This document shows positions 1 through 9,342 of a stretch of 64,000 bases of DNA, piece after piece. The notes beneath the pieces were generated by a model, which did no database searches, was not told where the DNA came from, and saw only the letters and a list, made by a program, of their open reading frames with translations. The stretch's first letter is position 1; each line of letters opens with the position of its first letter. A program made the position numbers and the translations under genes. Origin of the DNA: SAR202 cluster bacterium AC-409-J13_OGT_754m (lineage in GTDB: Bacteria > Chloroflexota > Dehalococcoidia > Lucifugimonadales > GCA-2712585); assembly GCA_009391235.1 (NCBI GenBank), contig VEXD01000003.1, forward strand, positions 17,631-81,630. The letters run 5' to 3'.

Positions 1-67
1 TCTAGTTGAGCGGGAGGCACTTCTGCGCTCTTCGGCCCTTTCAAGGCGTACAGTTGCTGCTTTATGC

Positions 68-96
68 TTGACAGGGTAAATCAAACTAACTACGAT
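68..96 (+). promoter_or_regulatory. sigma70-type promoter of the SAM operon
   Basis: TTGACA (68-73), 17-nt spacer, TACGAT (91-96), about 20 nt upstream of the riboswitch. Confidence 0.8.
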
Positions 97-117
97 TATT
101 GCACAACTAAATATTGA

Positions 118-235
118 CTCTTATCAAGAACGGTGGAGGGGCTCGGCCCTATGAAGCCTGGCAACCGGCAGCATGTAGAAACAATAAAGCGCGGTGCCAA
201 ATCCGACGACAGTTGAGTTAGTCGAGAGATGAGAG
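118..235 (+). ncRNA. SAM-I (S-box) riboswitch aptamer
   Basis: P1 CTCTTATC...GATGAGAG; conserved AAGA, GGTGGAGGG...GGCCCTATGAAGCC, GGCAACC and GGTGCCAAATCC elements; upstream of Met/SAM genes. Confidence 0.95.
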
Positions 236-254
236 CGGACTAGGAAATCTGTGC

Positions 255-282
255 GCTTCTCTCAAACTGAGAAGCTTTTTTC
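255..282 (+). terminator. Riboswitch expression-platform intrinsic terminator
   Basis: GCTTCTC-7 nt-GAGAAGC hairpin followed by a T run, between the aptamer and mtnA. Confidence 0.85.
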
Positions 283-305
283 TTGTCTGAAAACGGGGTG
301 CATCA

Positions 306-1346
306 GTGCTGAACAAAGAAATACGACCCATTCAATGGTCAGATAATTCTCTGTATTTGCTTGACCAAACCTTATTGCCCCATTCAGAAACTATGATTCA
401 ACTGAAGACTTGGCCCGAAACTGTGGATGCAATAAAGGATATGCGAGTTAGGGGTGCTCCCGCCTTGGGCGTGACTGCAGGCTATGCAATGGCTTTGGCA
501 GCTATGGAACTCAACCAATGCAAAGAAGGCTTTCAACAGTTCATCTCGAAACTGACAGAAATATCTGCGAAAATCCACGCGGCCAGACCTACAGCTGTGA
601 ATATTCGTTGGGCAATAACAAGACAACTCCAAGTAGCGAATAAATGCAAAGATGAATTAGAAGCCTCCAATGAATTGCTTAAAGAAGCACAAAAAATGGA
701 ACGTGAGGACGTTGAAATCAATAGATGCATAGGCGAACATGGCCGCAACTTAATCAGTTATGGGAACATACTCACACATTGTAATACTGGGGCTTTAGCA
801 ACAGCTGGGTACGGAACGGCCCTCGGAGTTGTGAGAGCGTCATGGGAAAATGGAAACAAAATCCATGTATTTCATACGGAGACTAGGCCGTTTCTCCAAG
901 GAGCTCGGCTTACTGCCTGGGAATTGGCCCGATTGGGCATTCCATCGACGATGATAGTTGATGGTGCTGCAGGATTATTTATGAATGAAAAAACGATTCA
1001 ACACGTAATTGTTGGAGCAGACAGAATAGCCGCCAATGGAGACACAGCCAACAAGATTGGAACCTATTCATTAGCAGTTCTTGCTAATGAGAATTCTATT
1101 CCTTTCTATGTAGCTGCACCGATTAGTACAATTGATCTTACTATTGCCACTGGTGGAGGCATACCTATAGAAGAGCGTCCGGCAGATGAGGTTACGCATC
1201 TAGGGGAAATACGTACCGCCGCGCCGGACACTAAGGTGCGCAACCCGTCATTTGATATTACACCAGCTAGATACATTACGGCATTCATTACCGAAAATGG
1301 GGTTATTAGACAACCATTTGAAACCACAATTCCCGCTACCATTTAA
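306..1346 (+). CDS. mtnA: S-methyl-5-thioribose-1-phosphate isomerase
   Basis: MRVRGAPA, LTHCNTGALAT, ETRPFLQGARLT, GADRIAANGDTANKIGT motifs. Confidence 0.95.
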   Translation: MLNKEIRPIQWSDNSLYLLDQTLLPHSETMIQLKTWPETVDAIKDMRVRGAPALGVTAGYAMALAAMELNQCKEGFQQFISKLTEISAKIHAARPTAVNIRWAITRQLQVANKCKDELEASNELLKEAQKMEREDVEINRCIGEHGRNLISYGNILTHCNTGALATAGYGTALGVVRASWENGNKIHVFHTETRPFLQGARLTAWELARLGIPSTMIVDGAAGLFMNEKTIQHVIVGADRIAANGDTANKIGTYSLAVLANENSIPFYVAAPISTIDLTIATGGGIPIEERPADEVTHLGEIRTAAPDTKVRNPSFDITPARYITAFITENGVIRQPFETTIPATI

Positions 1347-1386
1347 ACTTCAGGAAAATAGTCAGATTTAATTAACGGAGACTTTT

Positions 1387-2247
1387 ATGAGTACCGCACA
1401 GATAGCGATAATTGGAGGAAGTGGCCTTTATGACTTGCAAGGACTAACTAATATCAATGAAATAGATATGCAAACCCCATTTGGCAAACCTAGTGATACC
1501 ATCGTAACTGGTGAATTAGGAGGAAAAAAGGTCGCTTTTTTGCCTCGGCATGGTAGAGGCCATAGAATTCCACCTACTTCATTACCGGTTAGAGCCAATA
1601 TCTACGCACTTAAAACCCTTGGCGTGGAAAAGATCATTTCAGTAAGCGCGGTAGGTAGCCTTAGGGAAGAATTCAAACCTTTGGACATGGTAGTCCCACA
1701 CCAACTTATTGACCGCACCTATAGTAGAACACAATCTTTTTTTGAAAATGGACCAACTGTGCATATTTCGTTTTCAGATCCCTATTGCCCATCTCTTAGT
1801 CAACTTTTATTCCAAACTGCGTCGTCACTGCATTCAAAGACGCATGAAGGCGGAACCATGGTTGTTATGGAGGGCCCAGCTTTCTCCACCAAAGCTGAAT
1901 CCCATATGTACCGAACTTGGGGCGGAGATATAATAGGAATGACCGCTCTGCCTGAAGCCAAATTGGCGCGAGAAGCCGAAATTTGTTATTCAACCCTGGC
2001 TTGTGTGACTGATTATGATTGTTGGAGAGATTCAACAGAGGTTGTATCAGTAGATATGGTAGTAGCTAACTTAAACAAGAATGTAGAAACAGCCAAGAGA
2101 ATAGTGGAAACAATTGTCGCTAAAATACCTATGGGTCGGAATTGCGACTGTGAGAATGCGCTGAAGGATTCAATTTTGACGGCCAGGAATTCGGTTGATT
2201 CTAAAGCTTTGGAAAAGTTAGGGTTAATAATATCAAAATATATGTGA
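1387..2247 (+). CDS. mtnP: S-methyl-5'-thioadenosine phosphorylase
   Basis: IIGGSG, FLPRHG, EGPAFST, GMT..PEAKLARE, VTDYDCW motifs. Confidence 0.93.
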   Translation: MSTAQIAIIGGSGLYDLQGLTNINEIDMQTPFGKPSDTIVTGELGGKKVAFLPRHGRGHRIPPTSLPVRANIYALKTLGVEKIISVSAVGSLREEFKPLDMVVPHQLIDRTYSRTQSFFENGPTVHISFSDPYCPSLSQLLFQTASSLHSKTHEGGTMVVMEGPAFSTKAESHMYRTWGGDIIGMTALPEAKLAREAEICYSTLACVTDYDCWRDSTEVVSVDMVVANLNKNVETAKRIVETIVAKIPMGRNCDCENALKDSILTARNSVDSKALEKLGLIISKYM

Positions 2248-2283
2248 CGCACTTATGTAAGTATTCATATCGCAAAAAGGAGA

Positions 2284-2643
2284 ATGCTAATGCCAAGACA
2301 AGAAACCGGTGAACCGTATTTGAGGGTCGATTCCCTGGAAGCTAACAATATCCTCAACGCACACCCAGGCGATTATCAAGTCATTGATGTTAGGCGTGAG
2401 GATGAATGGATAACTGGGCACGTAGAAGGAGCGTTACATATCCCTCTAGACGATTTACCCGATCGGTTTAGCGAACTTCCAAATGGCAAGAAACTTCTGT
2501 TTATCTGTGCAGCTGGTATTCGTAGTGGTTTAGCTTGTGAGATAGCATCATCACTAGGATATCCTACAGACGACTTGTTCAATATAGATGATGGGACGCC
2601 ATTCTGGATTGAGAACAATTTGCCAACGACATATGTTACATAG
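2284..2643 (+). CDS. Single-domain rhodanese-like sulfurtransferase
   Basis: IDVR..EW..GH..GA.HIPL and active-site loop ICAAGIRS; AGGAG RBS. Confidence 0.88.
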   Translation: MLMPRQETGEPYLRVDSLEANNILNAHPGDYQVIDVRREDEWITGHVEGALHIPLDDLPDRFSELPNGKKLLFICAAGIRSGLACEIASSLGYPTDDLFNIDDGTPFWIENNLPTTYVT

Positions 2644-2652
2644 GAGGCGACT

Positions 2653-3591
2653 TTGCTCGTAGTAGGAAGCATTGGATACGACACGATATATGGGCCAATA
2701 GAGTCTGGGACCTCCTTACTTGGTGGATCAGCTACTTATTGTTCTATTGCAGCAAGTAATTTGACGAATGTTGCTATCCTAGCCGTGGTTGGGAGCGACT
2801 TCAAACCTGAACATTTCACGACATTTAAGGAACATGGAATAAACATTGATGGGATTGAACAGACTTTTAATGAGGAAACGTTCGCTTGGTCTGTTAGATA
2901 TAATCACGACGATATCAACTCCCGTGAAACCCTGGATACTCAATTGAACGCATTGGCCACTTTCAATCCACAAATTAAAGACGTTCATAAACAAGAGAAG
3001 ATACTTTTTCTAGCTAACATGGATCCAGCTTTGCAAATTCAAGTTATTAGAGATATGGGAACAAGGCCTCAATGGATTGGTCTGGATACTATGAATTTCT
3101 GGATAGACAGCACCCTGGAAACCCTTACTGAAGCGATACGCATGGTGGATATTGTATTTATGGACGAAGGCGAACTCCGGTCCTATGCCCAATCAAATAA
3201 TGTGATGGTTGCTGCTCACGAAATATTGAAGTTAGGTCCTAGCTTCGTTGTAGCCAAAAGAGGTGAACATGGAGTAATTTTGATCAACGAGGAATGGGCG
3301 TTCGCTGTACCGGCGTTCCCACTTACAACAGTCGTTGACCCGACAGGAGCGGGTGATTCATTTGCCGGAGGGTTTATGGGTTTTTTAGACTCGCATAATG
3401 ATATTTCTACAGCTGTATTCAAACGAGCAATAATAACGGGTTCCATAATGGGATCATTCGCAGTAGGGGCATTAAGTACCGAAGGCATAAGCCATGTTAC
3501 CTATGCCAATTTCAATAAAAGATTCAATGATTTCTCAATTCTGACTCAATTTGATCCCCTGGAACCAAATGAAACCTTTCCCTGGAAATAA
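2653..3591 (+). CDS. PfkB-family kinase (possible adenosine/nucleoside kinase)
   Basis: LGGSA and DPTGAGDSFAGG signatures; next to ahcY. Confidence 0.85.
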   Translation: MLVVGSIGYDTIYGPIESGTSLLGGSATYCSIAASNLTNVAILAVVGSDFKPEHFTTFKEHGINIDGIEQTFNEETFAWSVRYNHDDINSRETLDTQLNALATFNPQIKDVHKQEKILFLANMDPALQIQVIRDMGTRPQWIGLDTMNFWIDSTLETLTEAIRMVDIVFMDEGELRSYAQSNNVMVAAHEILKLGPSFVVAKRGEHGVILINEEWAFAVPAFPLTTVVDPTGAGDSFAGGFMGFLDSHNDISTAVFKRAIITGSIMGSFAVGALSTEGISHVTYANFNKRFNDFSILTQFDPLEPNETFPWK

Positions 3592-3628
3592 CACAGACGC
3601 ACAAAACTCAAAGGAGTAATTTTTTCTA

Positions 3629-4894
3629 ATGACAACAAGCGGTGGCGACATAAAAGATTCCAACCTATCGAAAGCCGGTGTAGATCGCATAAACTGGGCT
3701 GCTAAAGAAATGCCCGTATTAGAACAGATTAGGCAACGATTTAAAAAAGAAAGGCCCTTAGATGGGCTACGCATCTCGGCCTGCTTACATGTTACGTCTG
3801 AGACAGCTAATTTAGCGATCACGCTGATGGATGGAGGCGCTTTGGTCAATTTGTGCGCCAGCAACCCACTTAGCACACAAGATGAGGTAGCTGCGGCATT
3901 GGACAATGAGTATCAAATACCGACTTTTGCAATTAAAGGCGAGGATGACGAAACATATTATACACATATACGTTCAGTTCTTAACCACCGTCCTCAGATA
4001 ACAATGGATGATGGTGCCGATTTAGTTGCCATGGTACATCAAGAACGACGAGAGTTAATTAATGGCATCATTGGAGGAACTGAAGAGACAACAACAGGTG
4101 TCATCCGGTTAAGAGCGATGTCGGAGGCAGGTAAATTAGAATATCCAATAGTTGCAGTGAATGAAGCTGACACTAAACATTTGTTTGACAACAGATACGG
4201 TACCGGGCAGAGCACATTGGATGGAATCACCAGAGCTACCAATCTGTTATGGGCAGGAAGAAAAGTGGTAGTTATGGGTTATGGTTGGTGCGGACGAGGG
4301 GTGGCATCTAGAGCAAGGGGAATGGGCGCAAACGTCATCGTCACTGAAATAGACCCAACTAAGGCTTTAGAAGCCATTATGGACGGTTTTACAGTCTTAC
4401 ACAGCGATGATGCTGCTCGCGTTGGTGAAGTTTTCATTACTGTTACCGGAGGCCTGAAAACTATCAGTAAACGAACAATAGAATTGATGCAAAATGGAGC
4501 TATTATGGCAAATAGTGGCCATTTCAACGTCGAGATAGATATACCTGCACTCCAAGAAATGGCTAATAGCGTGAGAGAAGTGCGGCCAATGGTAAAGGAA
4601 TATTCCATCAGTCATGGTAAGAGCGTTTACCTGTTAGGGGATGGCAGATTGATAAATCTAAGTGCCGCAGAAGGGCATCCATCCAGTGTTATGGATATGA
4701 GCTTCGCAAATCAAGCCCTATCTGTAGAATATTTATTGAAGGAGAGCGCAAATCTGACACCTAAAGTTTATTCCGTACCAGACGAAATGGACAGAGAAGT
4801 TGGAAGATTAAAGCTTCTCGCTATGGGAGTTAAGATTGATACTCTTTCTGACGAACAAGTCAAATATATTAACAGTTGGGAAGAAGGTACATAA
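3629..4894 (+). CDS. ahcY: Adenosylhomocysteinase
   Basis: [45 protein letters not shown] motifs. Confidence 0.97.
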   Translation: MTTSGGDIKDSNLSKAGVDRINWAAKEMPVLEQIRQRFKKERPLDGLRISACLHVTSETANLAITLMDGGALVNLCASNPLSTQDEVAAALDNEYQIPTFAIKGEDDETYYTHIRSVLNHRPQITMDDGADLVAMVHQERRELINGIIGGTEETTTGVIRLRAMSEAGKLEYPIVAVNEADTKHLFDNRYGTGQSTLDGITRATNLLWAGRKVVVMGYGWCGRGVASRARGMGANVIVTEIDPTKALEAIMDGFTVLHSDDAARVGEVFITVTGGLKTISKRTIELMQNGAIMANSGHFNVEIDIPALQEMANSVREVRPMVKEYSISHGKSVYLLGDGRLINLSAAEGHPSSVMDMSFANQALSVEYLLKESANLTPKVYSVPDEMDREVGRLKLLAMGVKIDTLSDEQVKYINSWEEGT

Positions 4895-4920
4895 ATACGA
4901 GACAAAGGAGTCGTGCACCT

Positions 4921-6150
4921 ATGGCTAGCGCATTTTTAAACAGTTCTAAATATTTACTCACCTCTGAATCGGTCACAGAAGGCCACCCAGATAAACTTTG
5001 TGATCAGGTGTCCGATTCAGTCGTAGACGCAATTCTCCGGCAAGACCCAACGGCAAGAATTGCTTGCGAAACTAGTATGACAAACGGATTAGTTGTTGTG
5101 ATGGGGGAAATTACCACTACTGCGACGATTGATATTCCTTCGATTGTTCGTGACACACTCCGACGAGTTGGATATACCAAAGCTGAATATGGAATAGATT
5201 ATAAAAGCTGCGGCGTAATGGTCGCCATACAAGAGCAATCAAAAGATATAGAAGTAGCAGTTACAAAGGCTTTAGAAGTTAGGGGTTCGTCCGTAGACAG
5301 TCCTACAAACGAAATGTTTGACGAAATAGGAGCAGGAGATCAAGGAATGATGGTTGGCTTTGCCTGTAACGAGACAGAAGAAATGTTACCCTTGCCAGTC
5401 ATTCTCTCACACCGCCTATGTCAGCAGCTTGCTTTGGTACGAAAAGAAGGATTGATACCAGACCTATGGCCTGATGGGAAGTCACAAGTTACAGTTGAAT
5501 ATTCTTACGGTGTCCCTAAACGGGTTCACACAGTGGTCATTAGCGCGCAACATGCGCCACATGTTTCGTTGGAGCAATTGCAGCAATCGATCAAGGATTT
5601 GGTAATATCAAAAATAGTGCCCGCTGACTTATTAGACGAGGATACCAAAATTTACGTTAATCCAAGTGGGCGTTTTGTTACTGGAGGGCCAGCAGGTGAC
5701 ACCGGGTTAACCGGACGTAAGATATTGGTCGACACCTACGGTGGTTTAGCTAGACATGGAGGAGGGGCCTTTTCTGGAAAAGATCCGACTAAGGTGGATC
5801 GTTCCGGAGCATACGCGGCTAGATACGTTGCCAAAAACATTGTGGCAGCCGAATTAGCGGATAGAGCAGAAGTACAGGTATCCTATGCCATTGGAGTTGC
5901 TCGTCCCATTTCGATTAGTGTTGAAACATTTGGCACAAACAAGATTGGAGACGATGCCATACAGGCGTTGGTAGAAAAACACTTTGATTTGAGACCAGCA
6001 GCAATTTTACATAACTTAGAGCTTAGAAGACCATTGTATCAACAAGTAGCTGCTTATGGACATTTCGGGCGTATCGAGTTGGAATTGCCTTGGGAAAAAA
6101 CTGATAAAGCTTCGGTATTACGAAAAGAAGCTTCTTTAAATTCTAGCTGA
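4921..6150 (+). CDS. metK: S-adenosylmethionine synthetase
   Basis: [33 protein letters not shown]; start set to ATG 4921 after AAGGAG. Confidence 0.97.
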   Translation: MASAFLNSSKYLLTSESVTEGHPDKLCDQVSDSVVDAILRQDPTARIACETSMTNGLVVVMGEITTTATIDIPSIVRDTLRRVGYTKAEYGIDYKSCGVMVAIQEQSKDIEVAVTKALEVRGSSVDSPTNEMFDEIGAGDQGMMVGFACNETEEMLPLPVILSHRLCQQLALVRKEGLIPDLWPDGKSQVTVEYSYGVPKRVHTVVISAQHAPHVSLEQLQQSIKDLVISKIVPADLLDEDTKIYVNPSGRFVTGGPAGDTGLTGRKILVDTYGGLARHGGGAFSGKDPTKVDRSGAYAARYVAKNIVAAELADRAEVQVSYAIGVARPISISVETFGTNKIGDDAIQALVEKHFDLRPAAILHNLELRRPLYQQVAAYGHFGRIELELPWEKTDKASVLRKEASLNSS

Positions 6151-6173
6151 AACGCTGTTAAATCCAAGTTAGA

Positions 6174-6461
6174 ATGCCAAAACCTCATGATTTAGGCGGT
6201 AAGCCGCATTTTGATCCAATTGTCCTGAAAACGACTTTGCCAGTTGACTGGGAACTCACCATAGATGGTATATCAAGCCTTTTAAGGAAAAAGGGGTTTT
6301 ATTTAACCGATGAGTTGCGCCGATACATCGAGAAAATAGATCCCGAACAATACTTAAATATGACGTATTACGGACGTTGGTGCACCGCAATTACAAACAT
6401 TTTAATAGAAAAACAGCTAATTGCGGAAGACGATATACAGAAACAACTTGACCTGTTGTAG
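6174..6461 (+). CDS. Nitrile hydratase beta N-terminal half / thiocyanate hydrolase beta-like subunit
   Basis: PHDLGG start, DELRR..E, YLNMTYYGRW. Confidence 0.8.
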   Translation: MPKPHDLGGKPHFDPIVLKTTLPVDWELTIDGISSLLRKKGFYLTDELRRYIEKIDPEQYLNMTYYGRWCTAITNILIEKQLIAEDDIQKQLDLL

Positions 6462-6468
6462 GCCAAAT

Positions 6469-6777
6469 TTGGACAACCTATTAGGACATACAGAGACATA
6501 TTCTGCAGGGGACCTTGTAAGAGTCTCCTACGATAGTCGAATTATGGAGCACGTCCGTACTCCTTTGTATATACAAGGTAAATGCGGAACTATTGTAAAA
6601 AGCCACGGCAAATTTGCAAACCCAGAAAAGCTCGCTTATGGTTTGCAATCCTCACCAAAGGTACATTTATATATGGTAGAGTTCTATTTAGTGAATATTT
6701 GGACGACGGCGTATGCTAACGACTCCCATGATTCCATTTGTCTAGATATATTCGAGCATTGGTTAACTTCCATTTAG
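6469..6777 (+). CDS. Nitrile hydratase beta C-terminal SH3-like half / thiocyanate hydrolase alpha-like subunit
   Basis: GD.VRV, HVRTP.YI.GK.G, LY.VEF, D.I.LDIFEHWL; start uncertain (TTG 6469 or 6421). Confidence 0.78.
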   Translation: MDNLLGHTETYSAGDLVRVSYDSRIMEHVRTPLYIQGKCGTIVKSHGKFANPEKLAYGLQSSPKVHLYMVEFYLVNIWTTAYANDSHDSICLDIFEHWLTSI

Positions 6778-6790
6778 AAGGTGTTATTGT

Positions 6791-7438
6791 ATGTACGATA
6801 ATCTTGAAGACCATGTAAGTCATTCTCATCAAGAACCGCATTTTGACTCGCCAGATACAAGTTCATTTGAAAAACAGGTCGAAGGCCTTAAACAAACCTT
6901 ATTATCCAAAGGATTGATCACACAAGTAGAATTAGAGGAGATGATAGCCGAACTAGACCAGCGAACCCCATTTGACGGTGCCCAGATAATTGCTAGAGCT
7001 TGGACTGAACGAGATTTCAGAAATAGATTGATTGCAAATGGCACCAAAGCCGTTTCCGAATTGGGATACCATCCGCCTGATGATTTCCAATCCTTAGTAG
7101 TCCTCGCTAATACTGAGTTTTTGCACCATTTAATAGTCTGCACCCTTTGTTCTTGCTACCCTCGATGGCTTTTAGGAAGACCTCCTGATTGGTATAAAAG
7201 TATCGCCTACAGATCCAGAGCCGTATCGGATCCAAGGGGAATATTAAACGAATTCGGTGTAACTCTTGATCCGAATATAAGTATCCGGGTTGTTGACAGC
7301 ACAGCCGAAGTTAGATACATGGTTCTACCGTTAAGGCCGAGCGGTACTGATAACTTGAACATGAAAGAGTTAGTTGGGTTAATTACCCGGGATTCGTTAA
7401 TAGGAGTTGGCTTACCACATTCACCTAGCGTGGGTTAA
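6791..7438 (+). CDS. Co-type nitrile hydratase alpha / thiocyanate hydrolase gamma-like catalytic subunit
   Basis: VCTLCSCYPR metal-binding motif, ARAW, DSTAEVRYMVLP.RP, His-rich N-terminus. Confidence 0.92.
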   Translation: MYDNLEDHVSHSHQEPHFDSPDTSSFEKQVEGLKQTLLSKGLITQVELEEMIAELDQRTPFDGAQIIARAWTERDFRNRLIANGTKAVSELGYHPPDDFQSLVVLANTEFLHHLIVCTLCSCYPRWLLGRPPDWYKSIAYRSRAVSDPRGILNEFGVTLDPNISIRVVDSTAEVRYMVLPLRPSGTDNLNMKELVGLITRDSLIGVGLPHSPSVG

Positions 7439-7480
7439 CATAAAGGTCTATTTGCTAGCAGCGGCGACACTCGTCAGCTC

Positions 7481-9127
7481 CTAACTTCCTTTGTGAGAAA
7501 AAGCCTGTTCAGCGCGGGTAATAAATTCAAGTAAGGCAGGCTTACCTTTCTGGACCACATTGGCTGCTCGAGCTAGGGATGATCTTATCTCATCTGGGCT
7601 CTCTATTTTTTCAACATAGCTCCCCATCGCCTCAGCAATTGCAGAATAATTACCAGTCAGATGCTTTATTTTGTATTTCTCGTCAGCTACTGGAAAATCG
7701 TTGGGTCCATAAATCGCCATATAGGAGTTGTTTAAAATTATGGTAAGAATGGGTATATTTTCCCTGACAGTAGTTTCCAAATCCATCCCAACCATACCGA
7801 ACGCATAATCTCCCATAACATTAATAGATAGCTTAGACGGGTTGGCCATTTTAGAGCCCATAGCCAGTCCTAGGCTATAACCGAGTTGAGTAGATTTACC
7901 CCATCCAATATAGCTTCTAGGTGCGATAGCTTGGAAAAATGGTGACATTTGATCTCGAGGACTCCCAGATTCATGATTAACAATTGTATTATACGGGTCT
8001 ACGAAATTACTTAATTCCCATATAACCCTATATGGATTAATTGGAATCTCATTTGATGTAAGCTTAGGAATCCATTCTTTCATCCACTGTTCTTTTAGAT
8101 ATTTTATATCTTCAACAGGATTTCCAGAGTTTTTCAGTGCCAACCAGTTGCCTGATGAATTAACTTCTTCGATTAGTTGTCTGAGAACCAATTTTGCATC
8201 TCCCACAATCGCCTGGGAGCAAATATATTCTTTGTCAATATCGCCAACATGATTAGTAGAATGAATAAGTGTTTTGCTTTCTAAAAGTTCGGCACCTACA
8301 TGTGTTTTAGTAAAACTACAACCAATTCCAAATACAACATCTGACGTGTTCAGATAATGGACTACTGGACCCGTTGCCGTGTTAGCTCTGGTTCCTAAAG
8401 AGAGGGGATGATTTTCTGGAAAGGCGCTTTTCCCAGCCAAAGTAGTCATGACAGGTATTTGGGTTAATTCAGCGAATTCCTTAAGTTCATCAGTTGCTTC
8501 ACCATACAATATTCCCTGTCCCGCATGAATAACAGGGCTTTTCGCCTTCAACAAAAGACTCAGGGATTGCCTAATGTCCGATAGATTACCGGAAGCCTTC
8601 CAGCTTTTAGAAGGAACGTAATTGACCGATAGGTCAGTCATTTCTGAAGAAAGAATATCTGATGGAACATCTAACAAAACCGGGCCAGGGCGACCATTCC
8701 TAAGTAGGTTAAAAGCCCTGCGAAGCATCTCTGGTATCCGTTCAGGCATATTTATTTGTTCCGACCACTTGGTAACTGTTTTGTAAGTTTGCCACGGGCT
8801 GAATGTAGGATGAATTGCACTCCTGTTTCTACTGGCTGATGCGGGCAGCAATAGAATAGGTACCGAGTCAGCATAAGCCTGAGCCACTCCGGCGAATGCA
8901 TTTTCCGCACCTGGGCCAGCTTGCATCGAAAATACACCTATGCTTTTCCCATTGGTAATTCGACTCAATCCATCGGCTAGGTTTACGCCTACTCTTTCTT
9001 GCCTGAAAATAATGGGTCGTATACCGGCAACAGCGGCCGCTTCTTCCAGTCCGTTATATGGTATTACCCCGATATTTTCGACACCTTCTTTTTTCAAAAT
9101 GGCCGCAATTACATCTGCTCCTCTCAT
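7481..9127 (-). CDS. Thiamine diphosphate-dependent enzyme (acetolactate synthase-like superfamily, substrate unknown)
   Basis: RQERVG..LADG, GPGAEN, GRPGPV, ThDP motif GDYAFG...LNN. Confidence 0.85.
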   Translation of the reverse strand: MRGADVIAAILKKEGVENIGVIPYNGLEEAAAVAGIRPIIFRQERVGVNLADGLSRITNGKSIGVFSMQAGPGAENAFAGVAQAYADSVPILLLPASASRNRSAIHPTFSPWQTYKTVTKWSEQINMPERIPEMLRRAFNLLRNGRPGPVLLDVPSDILSSEMTDLSVNYVPSKSWKASGNLSDIRQSLSLLLKAKSPVIHAGQGILYGEATDELKEFAELTQIPVMTTLAGKSAFPENHPLSLGTRANTATGPVVHYLNTSDVVFGIGCSFTKTHVGAELLESKTLIHSTNHVGDIDKEYICSQAIVGDAKLVLRQLIEEVNSSGNWLALKNSGNPVEDIKYLKEQWMKEWIPKLTSNEIPINPYRVIWELSNFVDPYNTIVNHESGSPRDQMSPFFQAIAPRSYIGWGKSTQLGYSLGLAMGSKMANPSKLSINVMGDYAFGMVGMDLETTVRENIPILTIILNNSYMAIYGPNDFPVADEKYKIKHLTGNYSAIAEAMGSYVEKIESPDEIRSSLARAANVVQKGKPALLEFITRAEQAFSHKGS

Positions 9128-9342
9128 CTATTCCAACCTCCATTCGCATAAACACGAGCTATAATATTTATTGAACCTATATCTCTTAATCTAACATAAT
9201 ATACTTGGGTTTACACTCTAATATTTCGCAAGACACACTCTCATTAGGCACAACCTATATCGTTTTAAAATGATAAAATATATACGGTAGGATCTTATTG
9301 GTTAATTAATAGTATTCCTATCAATACTTCTATGGAGTCGCA

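Noticed and set aside
2..79. Open frame LVEREALLRSSALSRRTVAALCLTG* or a possible structured RNA at the window edge
   Set aside because: Too short to assign; no recognisable protein or RNA motif
2245..2286. mtnP TGA is in frame with the rhodanese with no intervening stop (possible Sec readthrough fusion)
   Set aside because: MtnP ends at its normal C-terminus, the rhodanese has its own AGGAG RBS, there is no SECIS-like hairpin and no Cys-equivalent context
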